DNA of 62,335 bases from a bacterium (lineage in GTDB: Bacteria > SZUA-79 > Acidulodesulfobacterales > Acidulodesulfobacteraceae). A model generated the notes under the pieces. That model ran no database searches. It had not been told where the DNA came from and saw only the letters and a program-made list of their open reading frames with translations. Positions 1 to 10,364 of this stretch are shown in pieces; the stretch's first letter is position 1; each line of letters begins with the position of its first letter. The stretch is taken from the NCBI GenBank assembly GCA_021798015.1, contig JAJZYP010000001.1:1-62335 (forward strand), given 5' to 3'. The translations under genes were made by a program, and so were the position numbers.

Positions 1-757
1 CCCTTTTGGATTTTTCGATAAAATTAGTAAACTTTTCTATTTTATCCGAACCGTTTAACTCCAGTTTTATTTTTTCTAATGCGGCTTTGGTGGTAACTTT
101 TGATTTATATATAATTTTAAAGGCATTCTTTATTTTGTTTATTTCCTCTTTTGAAAAGCCCCTTCTTTCGAGGCCTATCCTATTAATTCCATATATCTTT
201 GCCCTATCCCCCGAAGCAACAAGATAAGGGGGGACATCCTGAACAACCATTGAACCGCCGGCAATTAAAGCAGATTCACCGACTCTGACAAACTGATGAA
301 TAGCGCAAATCCCCCCTAATATAGCGTAATCATGAATCTCGATATGACCGGCTAAGGTTGCATTATTTGCAAAGATTGTACGATTGCCGATAGTGCAGTC
401 ATGCGCCACATGAACATGCATCATAAACAGATTGAAATCCCCTATTAGGGTAATGCCCTGTCCCGTAACAGTTCCTATATTAAATGTTGCATATTCCCTT
501 ATGATGTTATTATTCCCTATTACAAGTTTTGTATCTTCCCCTTTATATTTAAGGTCCTGGGGGATAGAACCTATCGAAGCAAATTGAAATATTTTGTTGT
601 TATCCCCTATTGTGGTATTTCCTTCTATAACGACATGGGAAGCAATTTTATTATTTTTGCCTATTTTTACGCCATCTTTTATAACTGTATATGGACCTAC
701 ATCCGTTGAATCATCTATTTGAGCGCCCTTATAAATAATTGCGGTTTTATCTATCAT
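1..757 (-). CDS. lpxA: Acyl-ACP--UDP-N-acetylglucosamine O-acyltransferase LpxA. It is partial: the C-terminal end lies beyond the window edge.
   Basis: It is absent from the ORF track because it runs off the window. My translation of the minus strand from the ATG at 757 gives MIDKTAIIYKGAQIDDSTDVGPYTVIKDGVKIGKNNKIASHVVIEGNTTIGDNNKIFQFASIGSIPQDLKYKGE...HVAHDCTIGNRTIFANNATLAGHIEIHDYAILGG...RAKIYGINRIGLERRGFSKEEI. This is a hexapeptide-repeat (LbH) protein. It sits in the canonical lpxD-fabZ-lpxA order. Confidence 0.85.
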   Translation of the reverse strand, partial: MIDKTAIIYKGAQIDDSTDVGPYTVIKDGVKIGKNNKIASHVVIEGNTTIGDNNKIFQFASIGSIPQDLKYKGEDTKLVIGNNNIIREYATFNIGTVTGQGITLIGDFNLFMMHVHVAHDCTIGNRTIFANNATLAGHIEIHDYAILGGICAIHQFVRVGESALIAGGSMVVQDVPPYLVASGDRAKIYGINRIGLERRGFSKEEINKIKNAFKIIYKSKVTTKAALEKIKLELNGSDKIEKFTNFIEKSKR

Positions 758-795
758 AAACCCTTTTATCCTTGAAATATTATATTCTTATGTTT

Positions 796-1263
796 TTATG
801 GTTTTACAAAAGAAGCCATAAGGTCTGCCTCGGCGCATAATTTTTCATCAACCAAAGCCTTCCCGTGAAACATCCATATAAACTGTTTTCTTTTAATAAG
901 TTCGACTTTTAATATAATAGCGCTTCCGGGAAAGATGGGTTTTCTGAATCTTGCCTTGTCGATGCCCATAAAGTAAGTAAGCATATTTTTTAAGTCGTCA
1001 TCTTCTTCAGTTTTATATGCAAGAATCCCTCCTGCCTGAGCTAATGCCTCCAGAATAAGCACTCCCGGCATAACGGGATAAGACGGGAAGTGCCCTTGAA
1101 AATAGGGTTCGTTAATCGTGGTATTTTTAATAGCAGTAATGGACTTCCCTTTTTCGAGAGCAATAACCTTATCCACCATAAGAAAAGGAAACCTATGCGG
1201 AAGAAGATTTAATATCTCCTGAATGCCTATAGTAGTTAAATTTGAAGATTCTTCATTAATCAT
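796..1263 (-). CDS. fabZ: 3-hydroxyacyl-ACP dehydratase FabZ
   Basis: 155 aa. Diagnostic FabZ motifs [13 protein letters not shown] and [23 protein letters not shown]. It lies between lpxD and lpxA. Confidence 0.95.
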   Translation of the reverse strand: MINEESSNLTTIGIQEILNLLPHRFPFLMVDKVIALEKGKSITAIKNTTINEPYFQGHFPSYPVMPGVLILEALAQAGGILAYKTEEDDDLKNMLTYFMGIDKARFRKPIFPGSAIILKVELIKRKQFIWMFHGKALVDEKLCAEADLMASFVKP

Positions 1264-2344
1264 TTTTTAGTGCCTTATCTTTTTCAATATCTTTTATTGT
1301 TTTAAAAAGTTTGGGGAGCTTTTTAAACAACACAACGGAATTGCGCCAATCTTTAATGGAAAAAGCAGGGGAGCCCGATATAATTTCATTATCCTTTATA
1401 TTATGAGCAACACCGGACTGGGCCGCTATTATAACACCGTTTCCTATAGATATATGTCCTGCAATGCCCACCTGTCCGCCAACTGTTACATTATTGCCAA
1501 TCGTGGAACTTCCTGCAATTCCCGTTTGCGCGGCAATTGCGCAATTACTGCCTATTATTACATTATGAGCAATCTGAACTAGATTGTCTATTTTTGTTCC
1601 TTTGCCTATTTTAGTAAAATCAATAACACCTCTATCGACAGTAACATTGGCGCCCAATTCAACATCGTCTTCCAGAATAACATAACCCAGATGAATAATT
1701 TTTACATAGCCGTTTTTATCTCTCGCATATCCAAATCCATCGCTTCCTATAACAGAACCGGCATGAATTATGCAATTATTGCCGATTATAGAATTATCAT
1801 AAATGGTTACATTCGGATAAATTATAACATTATCACCAATGTTGACATTTTTACCGACAAAAACACTGCTCATTATATTGCAATTTTTCCCGATAATTGC
1901 ACCCTCGCTTACAAAAGAACCCGGATATAATATAGAATTTTCACCTATTAAAGGAGTTTTATCAACATCGGCAAACTTCAAAAAATATTCAGAAACCGTT
2001 TTGTCTAAATTAGCCTTTGAGCTTCGCTGATTTTCAATTTGATAAAACAGTTGCGTAGCCTTTGCAAATGCCAAATATGGATTTTTTGCGTCAAGTATGA
2101 GAAACTTAATTTTTAAAGGAAGTTCTTGCTTTAAAGCCTCATAATCCATAATTACCGCGCAAGCCTTTGTTTCTGCAAGGTATTTAATATATTTTGAATT
2201 TGAGACAAAAGATATCTCGGTATCTTTAGCATCTTTTAAAGAGCCGATACCCGTTACGGTTATATTTTTTGGTAAATCACCGATAACTCTTAAAGAGAGC
2301 TTTTTAATAATATCGTCCAATAATATGGGCATAAAATGAAACAA
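1256..2344 (-). CDS. lpxD: UDP-3-O-acylglucosamine N-acyltransferase LpxD
   Basis: 362 aa. An N-terminal LpxD-type domain is followed by long hexapeptide repeats ([38 protein letters not shown]). It overlaps fabZ by 8 nt. Confidence 0.9.
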   Translation of the reverse strand: MFHFMPILLDDIIKKLSLRVIGDLPKNITVTGIGSLKDAKDTEISFVSNSKYIKYLAETKACAVIMDYEALKQELPLKIKFLILDAKNPYLAFAKATQLFYQIENQRSSKANLDKTVSEYFLKFADVDKTPLIGENSILYPGSFVSEGAIIGKNCNIMSSVFVGKNVNIGDNVIIYPNVTIYDNSIIGNNCIIHAGSVIGSDGFGYARDKNGYVKIIHLGYVILEDDVELGANVTVDRGVIDFTKIGKGTKIDNLVQIAHNVIIGSNCAIAAQTGIAGSSTIGNNVTVGGQVGIAGHISIGNGVIIAAQSGVAHNIKDNEIISGSPAFSIKDWRNSVVLFKKLPKLFKTIKDIEKDKALKND

Positions 2345-2383
2345 CCTGAGATTTGGGATATTAATTTTTGCGTTTAAGTTTAT

Positions 2384-2911
2384 TTATTTTAAATTCATTT
2401 GTTTTAAGACTTCATTTGTGATGTCTATCGAATTTGACCTATAAACGACGCTTGGGCGATCAATAACAAGCAAGTACCCGTTTTTATTTGCCATTTTTTT
2501 TATAATAGCATCGGCTTTAGCAACTATACCTCTTAAAAGTTCATACCTTTTTTCCGCTATAACACCCTGAACATGTTTCTCCTCGGATCTAAACTTAGAT
2601 ATATCCGTTTCAAATTCTTTTGTCTTTTTTGCTTTTTCGGTTGCAGACATTATAGAACCGTTATTTTTTAAATCAGCCTGAAGCGAGGCAATTTTTTTCC
2701 TCATTGCTATCAATCTGGATTTATATTTAGTAACTAAACCCTTTAGCTCCGCATCAGCTTTTTTACCCTGATTTGACATAGAGATAACCCTTTGCATATT
2801 AACTACGGCAATGTGAGAACCTATAGCCCACACATTTTTAGAGGAAGTTAAAACCACGGCAAATAAAATTAAACCTGTCATAAAACTTAAATTAAAAATT
2901 AATCTTTTCAT
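2384..2911 (-). CDS. skp: Periplasmic chaperone Skp/OmpH family
   Basis: 175 aa with a signal peptide and a Lys/Glu-rich coiled-coil body. It sits in the classic position between bamA and lpxD. Confidence 0.8.
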   Translation of the reverse strand: MKRLIFNLSFMTGLILFAVVLTSSKNVWAIGSHIAVVNMQRVISMSNQGKKADAELKGLVTKYKSRLIAMRKKIASLQADLKNNGSIMSATEKAKKTKEFETDISKFRSEEKHVQGVIAEKRYELLRGIVAKADAIIKKMANKNGYLLVIDRPSVVYRSNSIDITNEVLKQMNLK

Positions 2912-2947
2912 AAAATCTCCTTCTTTTATTTTTTATTTTTTTTATCG

Positions 2948-5692
2948 CTAAATACCGGGGAAACCTTGACCTAAACTAAACTGAATCCTGGTAGCATTAT
3001 TTCCGTTTATCGGCGTCCCGATTATTTTACCGTAAGTAACAGTTATAGGACCAAACGGTGAATACCAGTTAAAACCGATTCCTGCCGCTTGTACGAGATT
3101 CACCGGAAATATAGGTTCACTCTGCCCCCATGCATTACCGGCATTCCACCATAAAAATCCATAGAAACCCATCCTCTTAAGTATAGGTATCGAATATTTT
3201 GCCTGAACCGTAAACATCTTTGTTCCGCCGATAAGCAAACCATTTTGCGTTGGACCGACTGAATCATACATAAACCCTAAAAGCGGGTATGTATTCATTA
3301 TACCGCCGACAAAAAATCTCTGGTATATCGGCAATGCAACGGAAGGCTTCGTTGTAGCTACATAACCTGCCTGCGCCCCCTCCATAAAAGATGTCCCCCA
3401 CCATAACGGGGTATAATGGTTTGCTTGCGCCACAAATTTAACGAAATCGTCATTTCCGCCAATCGGAGGACCGGCAAAACTTACCCTGAAACTATCCAAA
3501 TTACCTGCAGTCGGAACCATAGGATTATTTAATGTGCTATAAACCGTCGTTAAAGAGGCTTCACTTGTTATTAGCCTTCCTTGAGGTAAGATATTCAAAA
3601 GACCTGGAATTATGACCGATGTATCTTCCTCTAAAAGGTACCTAAAATATTCCGTAAGGACATTTCCATAAAGTGGATAACCTAAGGTAATCGAACCGCC
3701 AACTGAACGATAGGCGAATTCATAGTAAAGACCGTTAAAGGTATCATATAAAGATAAATTAAACGATAAAGGTCTTGCAAAAATATAAGTAAGGTACGGT
3801 TGAATGATGTTAAAACTATACGACTGATACGGTCCGCCAACCTGAGCGTTTAAAGAAGCAGATATACCTGTCCCAAATAAATTTGACTCCGAGATGGATG
3901 ATATTGCCATAAAAGCTGTGGCAGAGCTATAACCGCCGCCAATCGTAAATTTACCGGTATTTTGCTCTTTTACATGCACTTTCACATTTAATACGCTTTT
4001 ACCAGGAACCTTTTCTGTAGTAATAGTAACATGTTTAAAATACTGCAGGTTTTTTAGATTTTGCCTCGATGCTTTTATAAGCTTAGGATAGTAATTTTCA
4101 CCTGGATAAAACACAAGCGCCCTGAGTATGACATAACTGTAAGTGACATCGTTTCCCGTTATCGTAATTTTGCCGAATTTTGCGACCTTGCCCTTGTGAA
4201 CTATCAGCTTAATTAAAACAGAATTTGTTTTTTGTCTAATTTTTATGGATGGCTCTACATTTGCAAAGGCATACCCTTTGTTTGTGTAAAACTTAGTAAT
4301 ATTGAGTATCTCTTTTTCAATGTTTTTTCTGTTAAAAATATCTCCTACTCTTGTTGTTATAAGTTTTTTAACGGAAATATATTCCCCTGAATCCTTTTTA
4401 ACATTTTTTATTTCAAGGTCAACGCTCGATATTCTATATTGCAGTCCCTGGACTATTTTTATGATAATGGTCACATACTTTTTGTTTTTAGAGAAAATGA
4501 ATACGGGTTTTTTAACTCTTACATTGATATAACCGTGGTTGTAATAAAAACTTAATAATTTAATAATCTGGTTATTTAATTTTGCCTTTTTAAACTTTCC
4601 CGCTCCTGTTATCCATGTCAACCAATCAATCGTTTTTAGGCCCATTACGGATTGAAGTTTTGATGAAAGGAAAGAGCTATTGCCTTCAAATTTAATTTTT
4701 TTAACCATTACAGGGGAACCTTCGTTTATAATAAAATGAATGCCGATATAATTGCCAGGAAAGGTTGCCTTTTTTACTTTTATTTTTGCATTATAATATC
4801 CCTCAACCGAGTATATAAATTTTAGAGTTTTTAATGCTTTATCTAAGTCATAAGAGCTATAAGGCGAATTAACCTTAAGATTTATAATTTTTTTGATTTT
4901 CTTTATACTTACGGACCCGTTGCCTGAGTATTTAATGTATTTAATGTATGGTCTTTCAGACACCATAAAAGTGACTATTAACCCGACCGGCGCTGGTTTG
5001 ACATTGACCATTATGTTTCTAAAATATCCTGTTTTATAAAGGTCTTTAACGCTTTCGTTAATTTTTTTAATTGAATAATAGCTACCCTTTTTTATTTTAA
5101 TTTTACTTACGATAAACGAGGCACCCACTCTTATATTGCCTTTTACTCTTATAGAATAAATCTTTTTTGAAATGGGGACTCGCTTTTTAGTCTTTGCAGC
5201 TTTTAGGCGGCTTGAAATTAACGAGGATACCCTTTGGGACAAAGCATACATACTTTTTTCTAAAGATTTTTTACCCGCACCGGAATATTTTATCGTTTTA
5301 GAGCTATAAATATCGGCTATGTCTATCAGCATGGTGTGGATATCGTAATGAAATCCAAACCTTGCAATACTGCCTGTTATAATGTAATTTGAGTGGTATT
5401 TTATGCCGAGCTTTTTTATTTTGGCAAGATTCATCTTTGTATTAAAATTAAAATACGGCGGCTTTTTAAGGGAGGTATATGCCAATACAAAGTATGGTTT
5501 TCTTGAATTCAGATAGGTTTTAAAAACAGAAACAAACGATTTATCGATGTTTTTAAATGTCGGGGTTCCTTTTTGGTGAAAAACCCCCACAAAGACATTC
5601 TTGTTGTTTAATAAAGCATAAGCCTTTGCCGAATTTAAAACAATAATAAACGAAATAAAAAGTAAAAATAAGTATAACTTAAAAAATTTCAT
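2948..5692 (-). CDS. bamA: Outer-membrane protein assembly factor BamA (Omp85), with an extra N-terminal region of about 175 aa
   Basis: 914 aa. It has a signal peptide, POTRA-like repeats starting around aa 178 (IYSIRVKGNIRV...) and a C-terminal beta-barrel ending in an aromatic-rich strand (IQFSLGQGFPGI). Synteny is bamA-skp-lpxD. Confidence 0.85.
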   Translation of the reverse strand: MKFFKLYLFLLFISFIIVLNSAKAYALLNNKNVFVGVFHQKGTPTFKNIDKSFVSVFKTYLNSRKPYFVLAYTSLKKPPYFNFNTKMNLAKIKKLGIKYHSNYIITGSIARFGFHYDIHTMLIDIADIYSSKTIKYSGAGKKSLEKSMYALSQRVSSLISSRLKAAKTKKRVPISKKIYSIRVKGNIRVGASFIVSKIKIKKGSYYSIKKINESVKDLYKTGYFRNIMVNVKPAPVGLIVTFMVSERPYIKYIKYSGNGSVSIKKIKKIINLKVNSPYSSYDLDKALKTLKFIYSVEGYYNAKIKVKKATFPGNYIGIHFIINEGSPVMVKKIKFEGNSSFLSSKLQSVMGLKTIDWLTWITGAGKFKKAKLNNQIIKLLSFYYNHGYINVRVKKPVFIFSKNKKYVTIIIKIVQGLQYRISSVDLEIKNVKKDSGEYISVKKLITTRVGDIFNRKNIEKEILNITKFYTNKGYAFANVEPSIKIRQKTNSVLIKLIVHKGKVAKFGKITITGNDVTYSYVILRALVFYPGENYYPKLIKASRQNLKNLQYFKHVTITTEKVPGKSVLNVKVHVKEQNTGKFTIGGGYSSATAFMAISSISESNLFGTGISASLNAQVGGPYQSYSFNIIQPYLTYIFARPLSFNLSLYDTFNGLYYEFAYRSVGGSITLGYPLYGNVLTEYFRYLLEEDTSVIIPGLLNILPQGRLITSEASLTTVYSTLNNPMVPTAGNLDSFRVSFAGPPIGGNDDFVKFVAQANHYTPLWWGTSFMEGAQAGYVATTKPSVALPIYQRFFVGGIMNTYPLLGFMYDSVGPTQNGLLIGGTKMFTVQAKYSIPILKRMGFYGFLWWNAGNAWGQSEPIFPVNLVQAAGIGFNWYSPFGPITVTYGKIIGTPINGNNATRIQFSLGQGFPGI

Positions 5693-5723
5693 TGTAATAA
5701 CCTATCAAATAATAAATTATATG

Positions 5724-6461
5724 TCAATTTATATGTTCTATAATACCGTTTACGATTTTAATTTTATGGTTCATCATATTTGAAAATTCTTTGTCATGTG
5801 TTACGACAACCAGCGTTTTATTATATTTTTTATTTAGATTTATGATTATCTCATGCAGTTTTTCGGCATGGCGCGGGTCTAAGTTGCCTGTTGGTTCGTC
5901 CATCAAAACAACCTTTGGAGACCCTATAAGCGACCGTGCAATTGCCGCTCTTTGCTGTTCTCCTCCTGAAAGCATATGCGGCTTAAAATTTAACCTGTGC
6001 TCAAGTCCCAGCTCACATAAATAATCACGCGCGATACTTAACGCCTTTGTTTTTGGTTCATTCCTTATATATAAAGGCATAGCAACATTTTCAACACAAC
6101 TAAATTCATTTAAAAGATAATGAAACTGAAAAACAAAACCTATCGTTTCATTGCGAAATTTTGAAAGACTTTTATCTGTGAGTCCATATATATCCGGATT
6201 ATTAAAATATCCGACACTCCCGGAATCAGGTTTTAAAAGGGTGCCCATAATGTGAAGGAGAGTGCTTTTGCCTGTCCCGGATTCTCCTGTTATTGCAAAT
6301 GTTTCTCCCTCTTTTATTTCTAAATCGGCTTCATTCAGAACATTAACGGTTTCGTCTCCTGTTTTAAATATTTTGCTCACACTCTTTAAGCGTATTGCCA
6401 ATGAGGTTAGCTGCGCTGGTCCTGCGGACCGCTGATTTTCAATTCCATAATTTTTATTCAT
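5724..6461 (-). CDS. lolD: Lipoprotein-releasing ABC transporter ATP-binding protein LolD
   Basis: 245 aa. Walker A GESGTGKST, signature LSGGEQQR, Walker B VLMDEPTGNLD. It overlaps the upstream LolC/E-type permease by 8 nt. Confidence 0.8.
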   Translation of the reverse strand: MNKNYGIENQRSAGPAQLTSLAIRLKSVSKIFKTGDETVNVLNEADLEIKEGETFAITGESGTGKSTLLHIMGTLLKPDSGSVGYFNNPDIYGLTDKSLSKFRNETIGFVFQFHYLLNEFSCVENVAMPLYIRNEPKTKALSIARDYLCELGLEHRLNFKPHMLSGGEQQRAAIARSLIGSPKVVLMDEPTGNLDPRHAEKLHEIIINLNKKYNKTLVVVTHDKEFSNMMNHKIKIVNGIIEHIN

Positions 6462-7686
6462 GTCTTACACCCTCTGCAGGGTCTATTTTGCTTGCTTTAT
6501 AGGATGGGTATAGTGTTGCTATAAAGCTTAAGAAAAGGGCGCTAAAACCGATTACCACAAACTCGCCAAGGGTCATTCTCACCGGAAGCGTTGTTATGTA
6601 ATAAACAGAGGACGGCAGGCTTATTATATGATACGTCTTTTCAAGATACCCAATTAAAAATCCGCATATAAGCCCGAGCGAAGTTCCTATAAGACCAATT
6701 ATTATACCCTGCATCATGAAAATAATCATTATATCTTTTGAACTTGCCCCGATAGACTTTAATATTGCAATATCTTTCCTCTTTTCCATAACAACCATTA
6801 TTAATGTCGAAATAATATTAAATGCCGCCACCAATACAATCAAAGAGAGAATAATAAACATGGTAAGCTTTTCCAATTTTATGGCGGAAAACAGGTTTTT
6901 GTTAAGTTCCTCCCAACTTAATGCATAAAAAGACGACGACGGCTTTTTGTTTAATACCTTGCCGATTTTTTTTGCATACAGGTTTGCAAGCCCTATTTTA
7001 TTAAGCCTAACCTCTATTCCCGTAACAGTATTAGAATCTAATCCCAAAAACGTTTGAGCATTTTTTATCGAGATAAAAGAAAATGTGGAATCATAATTAT
7101 ACATGCCGCTGTTTATAATTCCGCAAACGGTGAACTTTTCGGTTTTTGGCATAACGCCAAACGGGGTAATCTGCCCTTCCGGAGACATTATAAGTACCTT
7201 ATCTCCCACCGATACCCCAAGATTTTGCGCCAGAACCTTTCCAAGGACTATGCCATTATATTTTTTACTGTTAAGTCCGCTTAAACTCCCTTTAATTAAA
7301 TATTTTTTAAGATTAGTTACCTTTTCTTCGGTTTTAATATCTATTCCCCTTAAAACACTGCCTGTTGAAGTATTGGCGGAAGAAATCATAATATCAGTAT
7401 AAATGAAGGGTGAAACACTTTCAACCCCTTTTATACCTGATATATCTTTCATTACATCGCTATAATGTTTAATGGAACCGCTATAATTCAGTACAATAAT
7501 CTGGGATTCTATTCCGATAATCTTTTTTTCAAGGGCATGGTCAAAACCGCTCATTACGGATATGACAACAATCAAAGCCATTACGCCTATCACTATGCCC
7601 AATATAGATATAGAGCTCAATAAAGATATAAATGAATTGTCTTTCGGCTTCAAATAATGAATAGCAATATTTGTATGAAAATTCAT
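6454..7686 (-). CDS. lolC: Lipoprotein-releasing system permease, LolC/LolE family (FtsX-like with a MacB-type periplasmic domain)
   Basis: 410 aa. Architecture is one TM, a periplasmic domain and three TMs (FtsX-type C-terminus). It is coupled to lolD. Confidence 0.8.
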   Translation of the reverse strand: MNFHTNIAIHYLKPKDNSFISLLSSISILGIVIGVMALIVVISVMSGFDHALEKKIIGIESQIIVLNYSGSIKHYSDVMKDISGIKGVESVSPFIYTDIMISSANTSTGSVLRGIDIKTEEKVTNLKKYLIKGSLSGLNSKKYNGIVLGKVLAQNLGVSVGDKVLIMSPEGQITPFGVMPKTEKFTVCGIINSGMYNYDSTFSFISIKNAQTFLGLDSNTVTGIEVRLNKIGLANLYAKKIGKVLNKKPSSSFYALSWEELNKNLFSAIKLEKLTMFIILSLIVLVAAFNIISTLIMVVMEKRKDIAILKSIGASSKDIMIIFMMQGIIIGLIGTSLGLICGFLIGYLEKTYHIISLPSSVYYITTLPVRMTLGEFVVIGFSALFLSFIATLYPSYKASKIDPAEGVRHE

Positions 7687-7699
7687 ATTCGTATATTAT

Positions 7700-9187
7700 T
7701 TATTTAACAGGCTTAAGCAAGGGAAAGAGTATAACGTCTCTAATGGAGTAAGAGTTTGTTAAAAGCATAACAATTCTATCTATGCCTATTCCGCAGCCGG
7801 CGGTAGGGGGAAGCCCCTGTTTCAGCGCCTCGATATAATCATCATCCATTTCCACAGGAAGACCTTCTTTAATTTTTGTCTCTACCTGCGCCTTAAACCT
7901 TTCTTCCTGATCAAACGGATCGTTAAGCTCCGAAAAGGCATTTCCTATTTCTCTTCCTGCTATAAAAAGTTCAAACCTATCCACAACCTCCGGGTTTTTA
8001 TCATTCCTTCTAGCTAGCGGAGAGCTTTCAACAGGGTAATCGGTAACAAAAGTAGGGTTTATAAGTTTTGGCTCAACCATTTCGTCGAACAAAAGAGTCA
8101 ATAATTCTCCATAACTGTCATTTTTACTTATATTTGAAACATTTCTCGCCGATAAAATATCATAAAGCTTTAAAGAAGAGTCGATATCCTCGGGTTTAAA
8201 CCTCGCAACTTCATATAAGCTATCCTTTAATTTTATTCTTTTAAATGGGGGGGTAAAGTCCAATTTATCAGAGGCATAATTGATTTGAAAAGTCCCGCAA
8301 ATATGCATTGCCAGCTCTGAAAGCATCTTTTCGACAAAATTCATTAAATCTTCATATGTTGCATATGCCATATAGAATTCTAACATTGTAAATTCGGGAT
8401 TGTGTTTTACGGAAATACCCTCATTTCGGAAATTTCTCCCAATCTCATAAACTCTGTCAAAACCACCGACAACTAATCTTTTTAAAAATAGTTCGGGGGC
8501 AATTCGCATATAAAGGTTTAAATTAAGGGCGTTATGATGGGTTTTAAAAGGCCTTGCCGTTGCGCCGCCCGGGTTAGCCTGCATAATCGGTGTTTCTACC
8601 TCCAAAAATTCGCCGGCATTTAAAAACGAGCGTATAAAATTGATCGTCTGAGCCCTTTTTTTAAATATCTCGCGTGCCTCGCTATTTGCTATTAAATCTA
8701 CATATCTTTTTCTAAACCTAACCTCGATATCCTTAAGTCCGTGCCATTTTTCGGGTAAAGGCAGAATTGATTTAGTTAGGACGCCTGTGCGCTCTACTTT
8801 TATCGTTAATTCGTTTGTCTTCGTCCTAAAAAGATGCCCCTCTATCCAACAAATGTCTCCTGCGTCGATAAATTCGGTAAAAAGTTCAAAATCACTATCT
8901 TTTACTACACCTTTTTGGATATAACATTGGATCTCTTCGAAACCATCCCGAAGCCTAAAAAATGAAGCTTTGCCAAAATTTCTTATAATAACTATTCTGC
9001 CCGCCGTTTTTACGGTAATTATATTATTTTCAAAAAACTCTCTGTCTTTTGAACTATATTTTTCTATAATATCTTTAATATTTTCTTTTTTTATAAAATT
9101 ATTATCGAAAGGATTTATTCCCTTTTCTTTTAATTTTTTTAGCTTTATGGTGCGCCCTTTTTCGACAATATTAATATCTTGCTCCAA
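7700..9187 (-). CDS. lysS: Lysyl-tRNA synthetase, class II
   Basis: 495 aa. An OB-fold N-terminal domain is followed by a class II core (FLEVETPIMQ...GGATARPF, FRNEG, GIGIDRIVMLL). Confidence 0.95.
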   Translation of the reverse strand: MEQDINIVEKGRTIKLKKLKEKGINPFDNNFIKKENIKDIIEKYSSKDREFFENNIITVKTAGRIVIIRNFGKASFFRLRDGFEEIQCYIQKGVVKDSDFELFTEFIDAGDICWIEGHLFRTKTNELTIKVERTGVLTKSILPLPEKWHGLKDIEVRFRKRYVDLIANSEAREIFKKRAQTINFIRSFLNAGEFLEVETPIMQANPGGATARPFKTHHNALNLNLYMRIAPELFLKRLVVGGFDRVYEIGRNFRNEGISVKHNPEFTMLEFYMAYATYEDLMNFVEKMLSELAMHICGTFQINYASDKLDFTPPFKRIKLKDSLYEVARFKPEDIDSSLKLYDILSARNVSNISKNDSYGELLTLLFDEMVEPKLINPTFVTDYPVESSPLARRNDKNPEVVDRFELFIAGREIGNAFSELNDPFDQEERFKAQVETKIKEGLPVEMDDDYIEALKQGLPPTAGCGIGIDRIVMLLTNSYSIRDVILFPLLKPVK

Positions 9188-9199
9188 AACTGCCCCCCC

Positions 9200-10334
9200 T
9201 TAATCCTTTGCCTTTACCACAAGCAAATATGCACTAATAAATTCATCTATATCCCCGTCAAAAACACTTTGGTCGTCATAAATGGTTACCCCTGTCCTAT
9301 GATCCTTTATTACACGATTTGGATTAAGTGTGTACGACCTTATCTGAGAGCCCCAGGATATTTCTTTTTTGGTTTTTTGAAGTTTATTTTCCTCTTCCTC
9401 TTTTTTCTTTTTATAATAATCGTATAGCCTTGCCCTTAAAAGCTTATATGCAACATCCCTGTTTTTATGCTGGGACCTTTCATTTTGACAAGCCACAACA
9501 ATTCCTGTCGGAATATGTGTAATTCTAACAGCCGAATCCGTAGTATTGACATGCTGGCCACCCGCCCCGCTCGAACGATATGTATCTATCCTCAAATCCT
9601 TTTCGTCTATAACAATATCGATGTTATCATCTATTTCCGGATAGACAAAAACAGAGGCAAAGGATGTATGTCTTCTTTTATTGGCATCAAAAGGGGAAAT
9701 CCTGACAAGCCTGTGAACCCCAATTTCTGCCTTAAGATAACCATAGGCAAATTCCCCATATACAACAAATGTTACACTCTTAACGCCGGCTTCTTCCCCT
9801 GCATTATATTCCATTATCGTAGTTTTAAATCTTTTTCGTTCCGCCCATCTTAAATACATTCTCAGAAGCATACTTGCGAAGTCCATCGACTCCGTTCCGC
9901 CGGAACCTGCATGGATTTCAACGATAGCGTTAAACTTATCGTCTTTTCCGGAAAGAGTAATATCTATCTCTAATCGTAAAACCTCTTTTTCAAGCGGTTT
10001 TACGCTCTCCATAAGATCGGATAACATATTTTCGTCGTTACTCTCTAAAGAAAGATCGTATAAATCCTTTATATTTTTAAATTCGTCATAGACTTTATAA
10101 AACGGCTTCAATCTATTTTCTATTGCCGACTTTTCCTTTAGCACCGATGTCGAGAAAGAAATATCGTTATAAAAACCATCCTTTGCGGATATTTCATCTA
10201 TCTCTTTAAGTCTTTCTTCTAATCTACCTACTTCAAAGCCTCCTCCCGATTTTTAAAAGTTTATCGTCAAGACCTTTTACGGTTCTGTCTAAAAGGCTTA
10301 AGTTAAAAACATGGCTTATCGTCGAATCAGGCAT
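9200..10334 (-). CDS. prfB: Peptide chain release factor 2, made by a programmed +1 ribosomal frameshift. Frame 0 spans 10334..10236 and the +1 frame spans 10234..9200.
   Basis: The tracked ORF 9200..10144 carries the RF2 body (SPF tripeptide in RISPFDA, GGQ in SGAGGQHVN). Upstream, the minus strand reads ATG CCT GAT TCG ... ATC GGG AGG AGG CTT TGA. The ATG is at 10334 and the TGA at 10235..10233. Skipping the T at 10235 joins in frame to EVGRLEERLKEIDEISAKDGFYND... and on to the tracked ORF, because 10234-10144 = 90 is divisible by 3. Confidence 0.9.
10233..10247 (-). promoter_or_regulatory. prfB +1 frameshift site: an internal Shine-Dalgarno-like GGGAGGAGG followed by the CTT TGA slippery/stop context
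   Basis: The minus strand reads GGGAGGAGG-CTT-TGA-A. This matches the conserved autoregulatory RF2 recoding signal (SD-like element, CUU, in-frame UGA). Confidence 0.85.
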
Positions 10335-10364
10335 TATAACAATCTCCCTTAGATATTATAAAAT

